Source: an uncultured virus (IMG/VR IMGVR_UViG_3300032047_003368)
Lineage: Duplodnaviria > Heunggongvirae > Uroviricota > Caudoviricetes
Direction: 5' to 3' (one strand)
DNA length: 26,214 nucleotides
IMG/VR virus record: IMGVR_UViG_3300032047_003368
Made by a program: the position numbers and the translations under genes. Shown here piece after piece: positions 17,992-25,824 of this stretch (positions within the stretch are counted from its first letter, which is position 1; each line of letters starts with the position of its first letter). The notes below the pieces were generated by a model. The model worked only from the letters and a program-made list of their open reading frames with translations, was not told the DNA's origin and made no database searches.

Positions 17992-18014
17992 GACCTGTAG
18001 TGAGTTTTTATAAC

Positions 18015-18431
18015 TTACATTTTATTCAAACAATCAACTATTATACCAACACAGGTGTTTTCCAAAAAATTACAAAATTCTGATTTTATTTCATTACAAT
18101 CGGATAAAGTTTCGATGGAATTTATGTATTGATTATAGTCCACAGTATCAGAATTGCAATGTTTAAGTTCATTCAAATAATTAAGAATTGCATCAGTTCT
18201 ACAACAAGTTTCGTTTGAGTCACAATAATACTTTTCAATTTTATTTTTTAAATTAGTTTGAATTAAACATATCTGCTCTCGGTGTTCATCTGTAATTTGT
18301 AAAATTCCATTGACAGGTGGATATGGAGTAGACCGATTTGTATATTGATCAAACACTTTAGAAATTTCATCCAAAGCTGCATCAATGATTTCACTGCAAC
18401 AAAAATATTTCTTACCATTTAACTTGATCAT
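18015..18431 (-). CDS. Hypothetical Cys-rich helical protein (paralog of 18459..18863)
   Basis: ORF fills the gap; starts MIKLNGKKY. Confidence 0.75.
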   Translation of the reverse strand: MIKLNGKKYFCCSEIIDAALDEISKVFDQYTNRSTPYPPVNGILQITDEHREQICLIQTNLKNKIEKYYCDSNETCCRTDAILNYLNELKHCNSDTVDYNQYINSIETLSDCNEIKSEFCNFLENTCVGIIVDCLNKM

Positions 18432-18458
18432 TAGATTTAGATAATAAGTTATATATTT

Positions 18459-18863
18459 TCAAAAGTCAAGTTTTCCACGAAATTTTTTAATATTTTTCAT
18501 AAAAACATACAAACAAGTATTAAACACATATTTTTTTGCAGCTTCTTCGTCAGAGCGGATTGTTACTCCATATGCACCCTGTGTAAAAATACTTACTTTT
18601 TCTTTTTTATTGTCGTATAAATTGTCGTTTGTCATTTGTAATACAAGATCTAATTTACAATATCGTTCCAACTTACAATATGCTCTGAACATATCCTGAA
18701 AGTCTGCTAACATCTTTGCACAATTTTCAGCTGTTTCTACTTTTATATCTTTTATAGATTCGGCTATAATACAATAACTTCCTTCCTCAAGCAAAATAAT
18801 TAAATCTTCAAGTTCATTTATTATTTCTTCTTGCGAAAGGTATATGTTACCATTCAGTTTCAT
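18459..18863 (-). CDS. Hypothetical protein (paralog of 18015..18431)
   Basis: Start moved to ATG 18863 (MKLNGNIY), 1 nt after the upstream stop and matching the paralog N-terminus. Confidence 0.75.
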   Translation of the reverse strand: MKLNGNIYLSQEEIINELEDLIILLEEGSYCIIAESIKDIKVETAENCAKMLADFQDMFRAYCKLERYCKLDLVLQMTNDNLYDNKKEKVSIFTQGAYGVTIRSDEEAAKKYVFNTCLYVFMKNIKKFRGKLDF

Positions 18864-18864
18864 C

Positions 18865-19434
18865 TTACCACACATTCTTGATGGTAGAACTAGTCCCCAC
18901 CCATGCTTTTATTTTTACATGTCCCCACTTACGTGGGTCTACATTTCCGTCATTTCCTAAACTCAAAATTGCCATCGTGCGATGCCACCCCTCCAATAAA
19001 CGATATTCACTTCCTTTATTTAACACTATTACGGGTTCGTTTGTTCCTGGTTTTAATTTTTTGGCAAGTTTTCTTTGATATTCAGTTCGCTCTTCGTCAT
19101 CAGGTACTTTATTCGGATTTTCATTTCCGAACTTTCGTTGAATCATTGTTTTTTGGTTTGCTTTTTTAAAATCAGATATAGTGAGAGATAGAACTTGCTT
19201 TTCCCACTTTATGTTTATCCAATCCTCAAACTCAAACGCAATATCATCTTCGTCTGCATATGGATCATTTTTGAGTATTCTCTCAAGTTCACTTGGAAAA
19301 AAACCATTGGGTGACATTATAAAATCTTTAAAAATATATTTTGGCATTTTTTTAGGTACGTCGAATATTTTCTTTAGCATTTTTTTAATTTTCTTTTCGG
19401 TTATTTCCGCGAGGATATCTGAAAGAAGAATCAT
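18865..19434 (-). CDS. ParB/Sulfiredoxin N-terminal-domain-like protein
   Basis: EPVIVLNKGSEYRLLEGWHRTMA matches the ParB/Srx P-hh-V...hhDGxHR motif. Start at ATG 19434 (MILLSDILAE), just after the Nudix stop. Confidence 0.65.
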   Translation of the reverse strand: MILLSDILAEITEKKIKKMLKKIFDVPKKMPKYIFKDFIMSPNGFFPSELERILKNDPYADEDDIAFEFEDWINIKWEKQVLSLTISDFKKANQKTMIQRKFGNENPNKVPDDEERTEYQRKLAKKLKPGTNEPVIVLNKGSEYRLLEGWHRTMAILSLGNDGNVDPRKWGHVKIKAWVGTSSTIKNVW

Positions 19435-19435
19435 T

Positions 19436-19864
19436 TCACTCCTCAAGTACAAGTGTTACATCATTTCGCATTTCATCGGTGATGGGGGTTGGTATTTCAT
19501 TTATTCCAAAATAACCCCAATCAGAATGCTCTTCGTCTAGTATCGGTTCTATCTCGTTTTCTATTTCGCAAATATAATCATAAAAAACACCAACTCCATT
19601 ATGTGCAGGATATGCGGATAAGAATTTAACAGAATCTTCATTTAACTTTATTTTAGTTTCTTCTAATGTTTCTCTTATAGCAGCTGTTTTAATATCTTCT
19701 CCAGATTCTACATATCCACACGGAACACTCCAATAATCTGGTAATGCAGTTTTTGGGACATCTTCTCTTCGTTTGCATAAAAGAACTTTGTTTTTACACT
19801 TTATCATTACCCCACCAAATGCAGGATTTTTATCCTGCCCTCTTCCATCGTCTTCGTATTCCAT
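19436..19864 (-). CDS. NUDIX hydrolase
   Basis: VLLCKR; Nudix box GYVESGEDIKTAAIRETLEETKI; C-terminal LDEEHSDWGYF. Confidence 0.92.
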   Translation of the reverse strand: MEYEDDGRGQDKNPAFGGVMIKCKNKVLLCKRREDVPKTALPDYWSVPCGYVESGEDIKTAAIRETLEETKIKLNEDSVKFLSAYPAHNGVGVFYDYICEIENEIEPILDEEHSDWGYFGINEIPTPITDEMRNDVTLVLEE

Positions 19865-19878
19865 ATATAACCTTTCTT

Positions 19879-20163
19879 TTATCTTTCCGTAAAATCTTCT
19901 TTATCAATGATGTATTCGTCATCTGCACCTTCAGTTTTAAATTTTAACTGACCACTTTCATCTGCATAATAAAAATGCTTATAAAATAAACGATAATCTC
20001 CACGTTTTACCAAGTTTTCTACATCATCGGCGTAATTCATTAAAGTGTACCCGGTTGTTTTTTCACAAACCGCAGCTTTGTGTGCTTTATGCTTTGCATA
20101 ATACTCTGCACGGATAAAACCACTGCTACCACGACGTTGGTTTGATAATGGAGAATCGTTCAT
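19879..20163 (-). CDS. Hypothetical protein, 94 aa
   Basis: Fills the gap between ppa and Nudix; TATTTAT 4 nt before the ATG. Confidence 0.7.
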   Translation of the reverse strand: MNDSPLSNQRRGSSGFIRAEYYAKHKAHKAAVCEKTTGYTLMNYADDVENLVKRGDYRLFYKHFYYADESGQLKFKTEGADDEYIIDKEDFTER

Positions 20164-20178
20164 AACAATAAATATATA

Positions 20179-20703
20179 TTAAATATTTTTATTATCATTG
20201 TATCGTACAATAGACTCTTCTATAATCTCAATTGCTTTATCTTTAGGCAACCAGTTTCCAATTTTTACAGTTTTTCCTTCAAGATCTTTGTAATGTTGAA
20301 AAAAGTTTTTTGCCATTTCAAGAAATGATTCGTTGATGTTGTGAATATCGTTAATACTTTTTTTATACGAAGTTACAGGACGACCAATAACCTTCCAGTC
20401 CATTTCACCGTCATCTTCCATTTCCAAAACACCAACTACATGACACCTCACCACACACCCCATTGCCATTGGTGTCCAGTTGTAGGTGAGCATATCAATT
20501 GGATCACCATCTTCACCAAGAGTTGATGGAATAAAACCATAATTGGCAGGATACCGCATAGCAGACTTTAATATTCTGTCTAAGCGAAATGCTTGTATTT
20601 CCTCATCAAACTCGTATTTTTGATTTGTGTCTCGTGGAATTTCTATTACACAATTTACTGTACTTGGTGCATCTCTGCCTATTGGTATTTTTTTATAGTC
20701 CAT
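20179..20703 (-). CDS. ppa: Family I soluble inorganic pyrophosphatase
   Basis: VIEIP...KYE, RLDR, YPANYGFIPSTLGEDGDPID, MEDDGEMDWK, FFQHYKDLEGK. Confidence 0.95.
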   Translation of the reverse strand: MDYKKIPIGRDAPSTVNCVIEIPRDTNQKYEFDEEIQAFRLDRILKSAMRYPANYGFIPSTLGEDGDPIDMLTYNWTPMAMGCVVRCHVVGVLEMEDDGEMDWKVIGRPVTSYKKSINDIHNINESFLEMAKNFFQHYKDLEGKTVKIGNWLPKDKAIEIIEESIVRYNDNKNI

Positions 20704-20758
20704 TCATTCGTCCTTTCCTACATAAATATGCAGGTGCAGATGAAATCTTGGAATATTG

Positions 20759-22411
20759 TTAAGTAATATCAGGTGCACTTTTATTTTTATCAATTACTAG
20801 TTTTATTTGTTTTACAGATTGCTTGCTTACAGTTACTTGCTCTGATGGAAATCGGTAACCTCTTCTGGAAAGATTTCCATATTCATCTACGAGACCTTCC
20901 ACATAAAAACGAATATGAAGATTACCGTTTAATTGCCAATCTGCATGAAATTCTCCTGCTTCCTCGTTGATATCCATTATATAATCTCGTTCAACGCAGT
21001 CTGGACAATACGAACTGTCTTCACATAAATCACCTAAATATTCAGAAAATTCGAGTTCCTGTAGTTTTTCACCGTTTTCACCAAGAAATTTAACTTTAAA
21101 AAACGTTTCTCCTTCTTGGAATGGAAGATCTGATGTATCTGGAATAATTTTGGTTACAATTTGACCCGATCCATCTAGTTTATCAGTTACTAATTCGTCA
21201 GTACCTTCATTAAGTGACTGCGTAGAAGTTTCACTATTTCGTGGAATATCCAGCAATCCACCGTAACTTAGATATTTCAAATATGCCATGCTCATTCGTT
21301 CGAGTTGTATTTTTCCTTCAGAATTACCATATACTTCAATAAACTCTTTAATTGTTTCAACACTGGAATATGTTTTTAAGATTGCGTGAGTGACCGTAGG
21401 AAAATTTGTATCTGTATCTGCCTCGTTTGCTTTGATGACCTCTTCTGAATATAGAAATCGTTCACCAGGAAGATTAACTTTAGAGGCCTCATCTAAATAT
21501 AATTTAAATAGTGCATCTACAAATTTATTTCTAGTTTTTTTTGTGAGCCAATCAACAGGCATATTAAGTTTAGCTGCTACGTGCTGAAATGTTAAATCTA
21601 CATGAACACGAATACTATGTTTTACCGCATTATTCCACTCAGTTGCAGTTTTTGGTGCTTTATATGCTTTACCACCCACAATAACTTTTTCTGCGTGGAG
21701 CTTAGCTGCGTGTGCTACCTCACTTTCACGTACATTGACTTTTCCTTTTTTGTTTTTAAAGAAATGTATACCGTCTTGTATGAGTTCAGTGTTAGATTTG
21801 TTATTGAAATTTTCAATATTTTCTTTAATATCTAATATCTGATTCACCGAAGCAGGACCTTTGGTACGGGCCATTCCCTTTGCTTTTTTGATAAGTGTCT
21901 CTCGCGGGTCGGTTATCCATTGCATCGTACCATCAGCATTTCTTGTATATTTTTGCACACCTTCTGGGATAAATTTGTTAACTGATTCACTTTTCAATGA
22001 CTGACCAACTAGATTCGGCACTATGGTGGCTCCGGTTGACACTTTCGTGGCTTCCCACGCCACGCTACCGGCTGCTTTGAAAAAGCTTTTCCCTACATGA
22101 AGAGCTTGATCTGTATTACTACCACCCGAATTTTTTATTTTTTCGGCCTCATCATTTAAATTTGCCATAGCCTTTCCCGATTTTTCAAGGCCAACGATGT
22201 CTAGTTTTCTCAAAAGTCCGATTCCTGTTTTAGTAAGCTTACCGGCTTGTTCTGTTCGTTCTTTCTCTAATTTTTTTGCCCGTTCAGGATCTTCTTGTTT
22301 TTCTGCCTCGGTGAGCTGACTTTCGTATTTATTATTCGTAAAGGTGAATTTTTTTAGTTTACCCCGCCAACCTCCTGCATCGTGTGTGTTTGATTTATTT
22401 TTATCTCCCAT
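20759..22411 (-). CDS. Hypothetical protein, 550 aa (basic N-terminal half, acidic C-terminus with CxxxxxCxxC)
   Basis: Long ORF; TATTTAT upstream at 22419-22425. Confidence 0.8.
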   Translation of the reverse strand: MGDKNKSNTHDAGGWRGKLKKFTFTNNKYESQLTEAEKQEDPERAKKLEKERTEQAGKLTKTGIGLLRKLDIVGLEKSGKAMANLNDEAEKIKNSGGSNTDQALHVGKSFFKAAGSVAWEATKVSTGATIVPNLVGQSLKSESVNKFIPEGVQKYTRNADGTMQWITDPRETLIKKAKGMARTKGPASVNQILDIKENIENFNNKSNTELIQDGIHFFKNKKGKVNVRESEVAHAAKLHAEKVIVGGKAYKAPKTATEWNNAVKHSIRVHVDLTFQHVAAKLNMPVDWLTKKTRNKFVDALFKLYLDEASKVNLPGERFLYSEEVIKANEADTDTNFPTVTHAILKTYSSVETIKEFIEVYGNSEGKIQLERMSMAYLKYLSYGGLLDIPRNSETSTQSLNEGTDELVTDKLDGSGQIVTKIIPDTSDLPFQEGETFFKVKFLGENGEKLQELEFSEYLGDLCEDSSYCPDCVERDYIMDINEEAGEFHADWQLNGNLHIRFYVEGLVDEYGNLSRRGYRFPSEQVTVSKQSVKQIKLVIDKNKSAPDIT

Positions 22412-22452
22412 AATAAGAATAAATATAAACTTATTATAAAAAATAATATATT

Positions 22453-22968
22453 TTAACTACACTTTCTATAAAACTTTTCTACGAACACTTCAATTGCATC
22501 AAGTGCGTCTTTTATTTCCCACGCAGGACCATCGTATCCGTTTTCAGGTAAATAATTTTTATCACCAATTTCAAGGCATTCAACACGATCAAGATACTCT
22601 GAATGTTTCTTTTGCATCCAAGGCATATGTTCGTCTTTGTTCATTAAAATGATTTTCTCACTACTTGCACAATCATAATTATCAAGCATTTGATTCGTTG
22701 CACCAATTAAACAAAATGGAATATTGCGATTTTTAATTCGTTCATAAGAAGGAATTGCTAAACGAATTGGAAATGTAAAAGATTCTCCGTGTTCATACTT
22801 TTCAGTTGGTTGAACACGCAATCCACGACTAAATGCACGAATGTGAGTTTTATTATTTTTAATACAAAGATAATTAAAGCACGCCTCGGCATACTTGCTT
22901 CTGTACAAATTACCTGTACATACAAAGCAGAATTGCTTTACCGGTACTCTTTCTTCAGCAGTTTCCAT
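22453..22968 (-). CDS. Low-molecular-weight protein-tyrosine phosphatase / ArsC-fold protein
   Basis: P-loop FVCTGNLYRSKYAEA (CX5R), AFSRG and IILMN; overlaps the upstream gene by 31 nt. Confidence 0.85.
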   Translation of the reverse strand: METAEERVPVKQFCFVCTGNLYRSKYAEACFNYLCIKNNKTHIRAFSRGLRVQPTEKYEHGESFTFPIRLAIPSYERIKNRNIPFCLIGATNQMLDNYDCASSEKIILMNKDEHMPWMQKKHSEYLDRVECLEIGDKNYLPENGYDGPAWEIKDALDAIEVFVEKFYRKCS

Positions 22969-23486
22969 CTTCCACTATCTAAACGTTTTTTACCCGAATC
23001 AATATCCTTGATGATGTCCACAACTTCTTCAATACTATTGTAAATGTATTTGTGTGGAAACATCGCAAGCATCCACAATGGAGTTTTGACTTTACCACCT
23101 TCAATTGCAACGAACACAGGTTTTTGCTCACGAACCGCAGTTACGATTTCTTCAGCAGAACCCCAACTTGCAATTTCAGGTTGAAGATTCGCAATAATGA
23201 AATCACTTCTGTCAACGAGGTTCAGATCATAATTACGAACTTTCTTCATTCTACGAGTAAGTTCATCATATTTTCCGTCTTCCATCATTTGAAGCATTTC
23301 TTTTCTTGCTGGTTCATCTTCGTCTACGTCTTCTACGAATGGTTTGTGATATGGATCAAAAACGGTGATTCCAAGAGGAGATAATTCTTCAGTAGCATAT
23401 CCCCTCCAATCACGACCACTTTTGTATTGCATATGACCAACCAAGTAGGTTTTAGTGCGATATAAGTTATTTTTACTTTTTTTCAT
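22938..23486 (-). CDS. Nucleoside 2-deoxyribosyltransferase / nucleotide N-glycosidase-like protein (paralog 1)
   Basis: TYLVGHM...DWR...VFDPY...DLNLVDRSDFII...WGSAEEI...KPV: NDT/Rcl-type pattern with candidate catalytic Glu. Confidence 0.8.
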   Translation of the reverse strand: MKKSKNNLYRTKTYLVGHMQYKSGRDWRGYATEELSPLGITVFDPYHKPFVEDVDEDEPARKEMLQMMEDGKYDELTRRMKKVRNYDLNLVDRSDFIIANLQPEIASWGSAEEIVTAVREQKPVFVAIEGGKVKTPLWMLAMFPHKYIYNSIEEVVDIIKDIDSGKKRLDSGRWKLLKKEYR

Positions 23487-23503
23487 CTTTATATAAATAT
23501 TAT

Positions 23504-23530
23504 ATTATAACATTTATTATAGTTTGTCAA
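23504..23530 (-). promoter_or_regulatory. sigma70-type promoter (TTGACA ... TGT-TATAAT) in tandem with a TATTTATA motif
   Basis: TTGACA 23530-23525 and extended -10 TGnTATAAT (23509-23504); spacer only 15 nt. TATTTATA at 23499-23492. Confidence 0.5.
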
Positions 23531-23536
23531 CAACTT

Positions 23537-24070
23537 TTAACGAAAGCAGTTACGCAACAATTTCCATCGTTCACTGTCAATAGGAATTTTACCTTGATCA
23601 ATTTTTTGCAGTTTTTCTATAACTTCGTCAACTGAATTGTAAATGTATTTGTGTGGCATTGTCCAAAACACCCACATTGGTGTTTTATTCTTTCCTCGTA
23701 CATTCACAAAGAAAACAGGTTTCTTCATACGGTTTGCAGTAAAAAATTCTTCCCAACTTCCACAGGTTACCACCTCTGGATCATAAACAAATATCACAAA
23801 ATCACTTCTATCAATTAAACTAAGATCATAACTACGAATTTCTTTGTATGCTTCTACTTTTTCATAATCACCATTTTTCAATGCTAATCTAAGTTCATCA
23901 TGTGTTTCTTCATCTTCATTAACATCCATCAAAAAAGGTTGCTTGTAATGATCAAACAACTTGATGTTCATCTTTTTAAGTTGCTGATTAATGCTTTCAC
24001 GAATATCACGACCATTCGCATACTGCATATGACCGATGACAGTACACCGTGTTTCTGCGAGTAAATTCAT
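23537..24070 (-). CDS. Nucleoside 2-deoxyribosyltransferase-like protein (paralog 2)
   Basis: IGHMQY...DLSLIDRSDFVI...CGSWEEF...KPVF...PHKYIYNS; colinear with 22938..23486. Confidence 0.8.
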   Translation of the reverse strand: MNLLAETRCTVIGHMQYANGRDIRESINQQLKKMNIKLFDHYKQPFLMDVNEDEETHDELRLALKNGDYEKVEAYKEIRSYDLSLIDRSDFVIFVYDPEVVTCGSWEEFFTANRMKKPVFFVNVRGKNKTPMWVFWTMPHKYIYNSVDEVIEKLQKIDQGKIPIDSERWKLLRNCFR

Positions 24071-24612
24071 TACACTACTTGAAATAGTGCGTTGTGACTA
24101 TCCCAAAGATCGTTGATAAGTTCTTGTTCTTTTACACCGTTCATACTATCACGAATCTTTTTATCTTTGGAAATATCCACATACAAATAAACCACAAAAT
24201 CAAACGAACTTGAATAAACCAAACTTTGGCCGATGCCTTCGCGTAATGAACTTCCAGTTTCTCCTTTTTTAACTTCAACTGCTACACTCAATTTATCAAT
24301 CTTAACAACAAAATCAGGACGATGTTGAGTTCCAAAGAATGTAAAATTGTTTACGGTGGTATTAACATCACCTTCCCACAACAAACAATTTTTTGCTTTT
24401 TGTTTGACCAACTCTTTGTCCATTGATTTGCTGAGTTCTAGATTTTCATACAACTCTTCCAACTCATTGATCAAAGGTTGATGCATATACTGCTTGATAT
24501 AATCTTCGTTGCGATTACGATAATCAATTGTATCAAAAATCTTTTTACTTGAAATTGCAGATGCAATGCTTTCTACAATTTTAACTCTTCGTTTGCTTTT
24601 AGTTGTTCCCAT
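24070..24612 (-). CDS. PD-(D/E)XK restriction-endonuclease-like nuclease
   Basis: RPDFVV...VAVEVKK...LREGIGQSLVY (PD..ExK plus QxxxY helix). Confidence 0.75.
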   Translation of the reverse strand: MGTTKSKRRVKIVESIASAISSKKIFDTIDYRNRNEDYIKQYMHQPLINELEELYENLELSKSMDKELVKQKAKNCLLWEGDVNTTVNNFTFFGTQHRPDFVVKIDKLSVAVEVKKGETGSSLREGIGQSLVYSSSFDFVVYLYVDISKDKKIRDSMNGVKEQELINDLWDSHNALFQVV

Positions 24613-25238
24613 TATTTGTTTACCAATTCTATTATTTCTGTTGTTACTTCGTTGACCATATTCATAATTTCCAAACTTTTTCGTGGATCATCCACAGTTG
24701 GCCAATTGAGTTGAAAGTGAGCCCCTTCTCTTAATTTAGGATCATTGATACGTTCATGTTCGTTGGGTGGCTGAACATAGTTCATTTGTACATTACCTGT
24801 TTCATCAATAACCGCAGTTGAAGAACGTTCGTATCTGCGAAGATGCACAAGCAATCCTTCGTGTTCATAAACAACCCAACCAAGTTCATCGTTAGTATAA
24901 TATGCATATCGTACATCACTAACCAACGCAACATCTCCTGTGTATCTTGATATTTGCTCGTCCATTTTTTCAATCCAATGACGGCCGTTTGATTGCTTAC
25001 GTTTTAAATCCCCATACCACACAAGAAATTCACGAAACAAAGATTTATTATGTGTATTGTCTGTGTGAACATCCAGATCACAGTAAGTTTCCAAAAAGTT
25101 TGAACAATCTCTTTTTAGAGCATTTGCCAACGCAAACTGCTTTCCTGTATAACCTTGCTTTGCTAATTCTTCAATGATCAAATCACAAAACAAATTTTTG
25201 CCACTACGGGCAACTCCACTTACTCCTACTACGAACAT
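24612..25238 (-). CDS. Deoxynucleoside monophosphate kinase (T4 gp1-like)
   Basis: P-loop GVSGVARSGKN, FALANALK, R.FLVWYG...R, SDVRY..E. Confidence 0.8.
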   Translation of the reverse strand: MFVVGVSGVARSGKNLFCDLIIEELAKQGYTGKQFALANALKRDCSNFLETYCDLDVHTDNTHNKSLFREFLVWYGDLKRKQSNGRHWIEKMDEQISRYTGDVALVSDVRYAYYTNDELGWVVYEHEGLLVHLRRYERSSTAVIDETGNVQMNYVQPPNEHERINDPKLREGAHFQLNWPTVDDPRKSLEIMNMVNEVTTEIIELVNK

Positions 25239-25729
25239 AACTTTTTAATTTCCTTGGGTTCTTTGCCATATTTGACGAGCAACTCTTCAAGTTCATTTGT
25301 TCCGTCTTCAGTAGACTTAAACAAATCAATATACTCATCGGCATTTAATTTACTAACTTCAAAATGCTCTGAAATCAATGACACCAACTCAGAATTGTTT
25401 TTTTCTTCTTTCGCAGATTTTATATACTTGTGAAACGCACGACCATCAGGAACAACTTCACGAAGAACACGATAATAATCCTTGGGTTTCAATCCAACTG
25501 CGTGTTTTTGCAGTTCATCAATTACTTCAATGAGATTCATATCCATTGACAAAAATCGATTTATCATGTAATTTACAAATGTCTTTTTATCTTCATTGGT
25601 GAGTGTGTCAAAATACTTTTCATTCTTTTTCTCACGAATGTGATTGATGTGATCAAACAAAGTCTTTTTTTTAGGACCTAGATTGTTTGAAGGTTTTCTT
25701 TTTGATTTGGTTTTTTTGGTTTTTGGCAT
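25229..25729 (-). CDS. gp62: DNA polymerase clamp-loader small subunit (T4 gp62-like)
   Basis: FVNYMINRFLSM...IDELQ...YY...F.KYIK...LISEHFEVSK..A.EYI pattern of phage clamp-loader subunit A. Confidence 0.75.
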   Translation of the reverse strand: MPKTKKTKSKRKPSNNLGPKKKTLFDHINHIREKKNEKYFDTLTNEDKKTFVNYMINRFLSMDMNLIEVIDELQKHAVGLKPKDYYRVLREVVPDGRAFHKYIKSAKEEKNNSELVSLISEHFEVSKLNADEYIDLFKSTEDGTNELEELLVKYGKEPKEIKKLCS

Positions 25730-25739
25730 TTTAAATTAT

Positions 25740-25768
25740 ATAATACCTAACCAAGATTAATTTGTCAA
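25740..25768 (-). promoter_or_regulatory. sigma70-type promoter heading the gp62/dNMP kinase/nuclease/NDT operon
   Basis: TTGACA (25768-25763), 17-nt spacer, TATTAT (25745-25740), 10 nt before the ATG. Confidence 0.7.
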
Positions 25769-25824
25769 AGAAAAAGTTACTTTTCAAACTCATATCTAAA
25801 ATATTCAACATATTTTTCGTACTT

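Noticed and set aside
44..23499. TATAAATA on the plus strand as canonical T4 late promoters for plus-strand transcription
   Set aside because: No credible plus-strand genes follow, and the spacing is fixed relative to minus-strand starts. Antisense transcription is not formally excluded.
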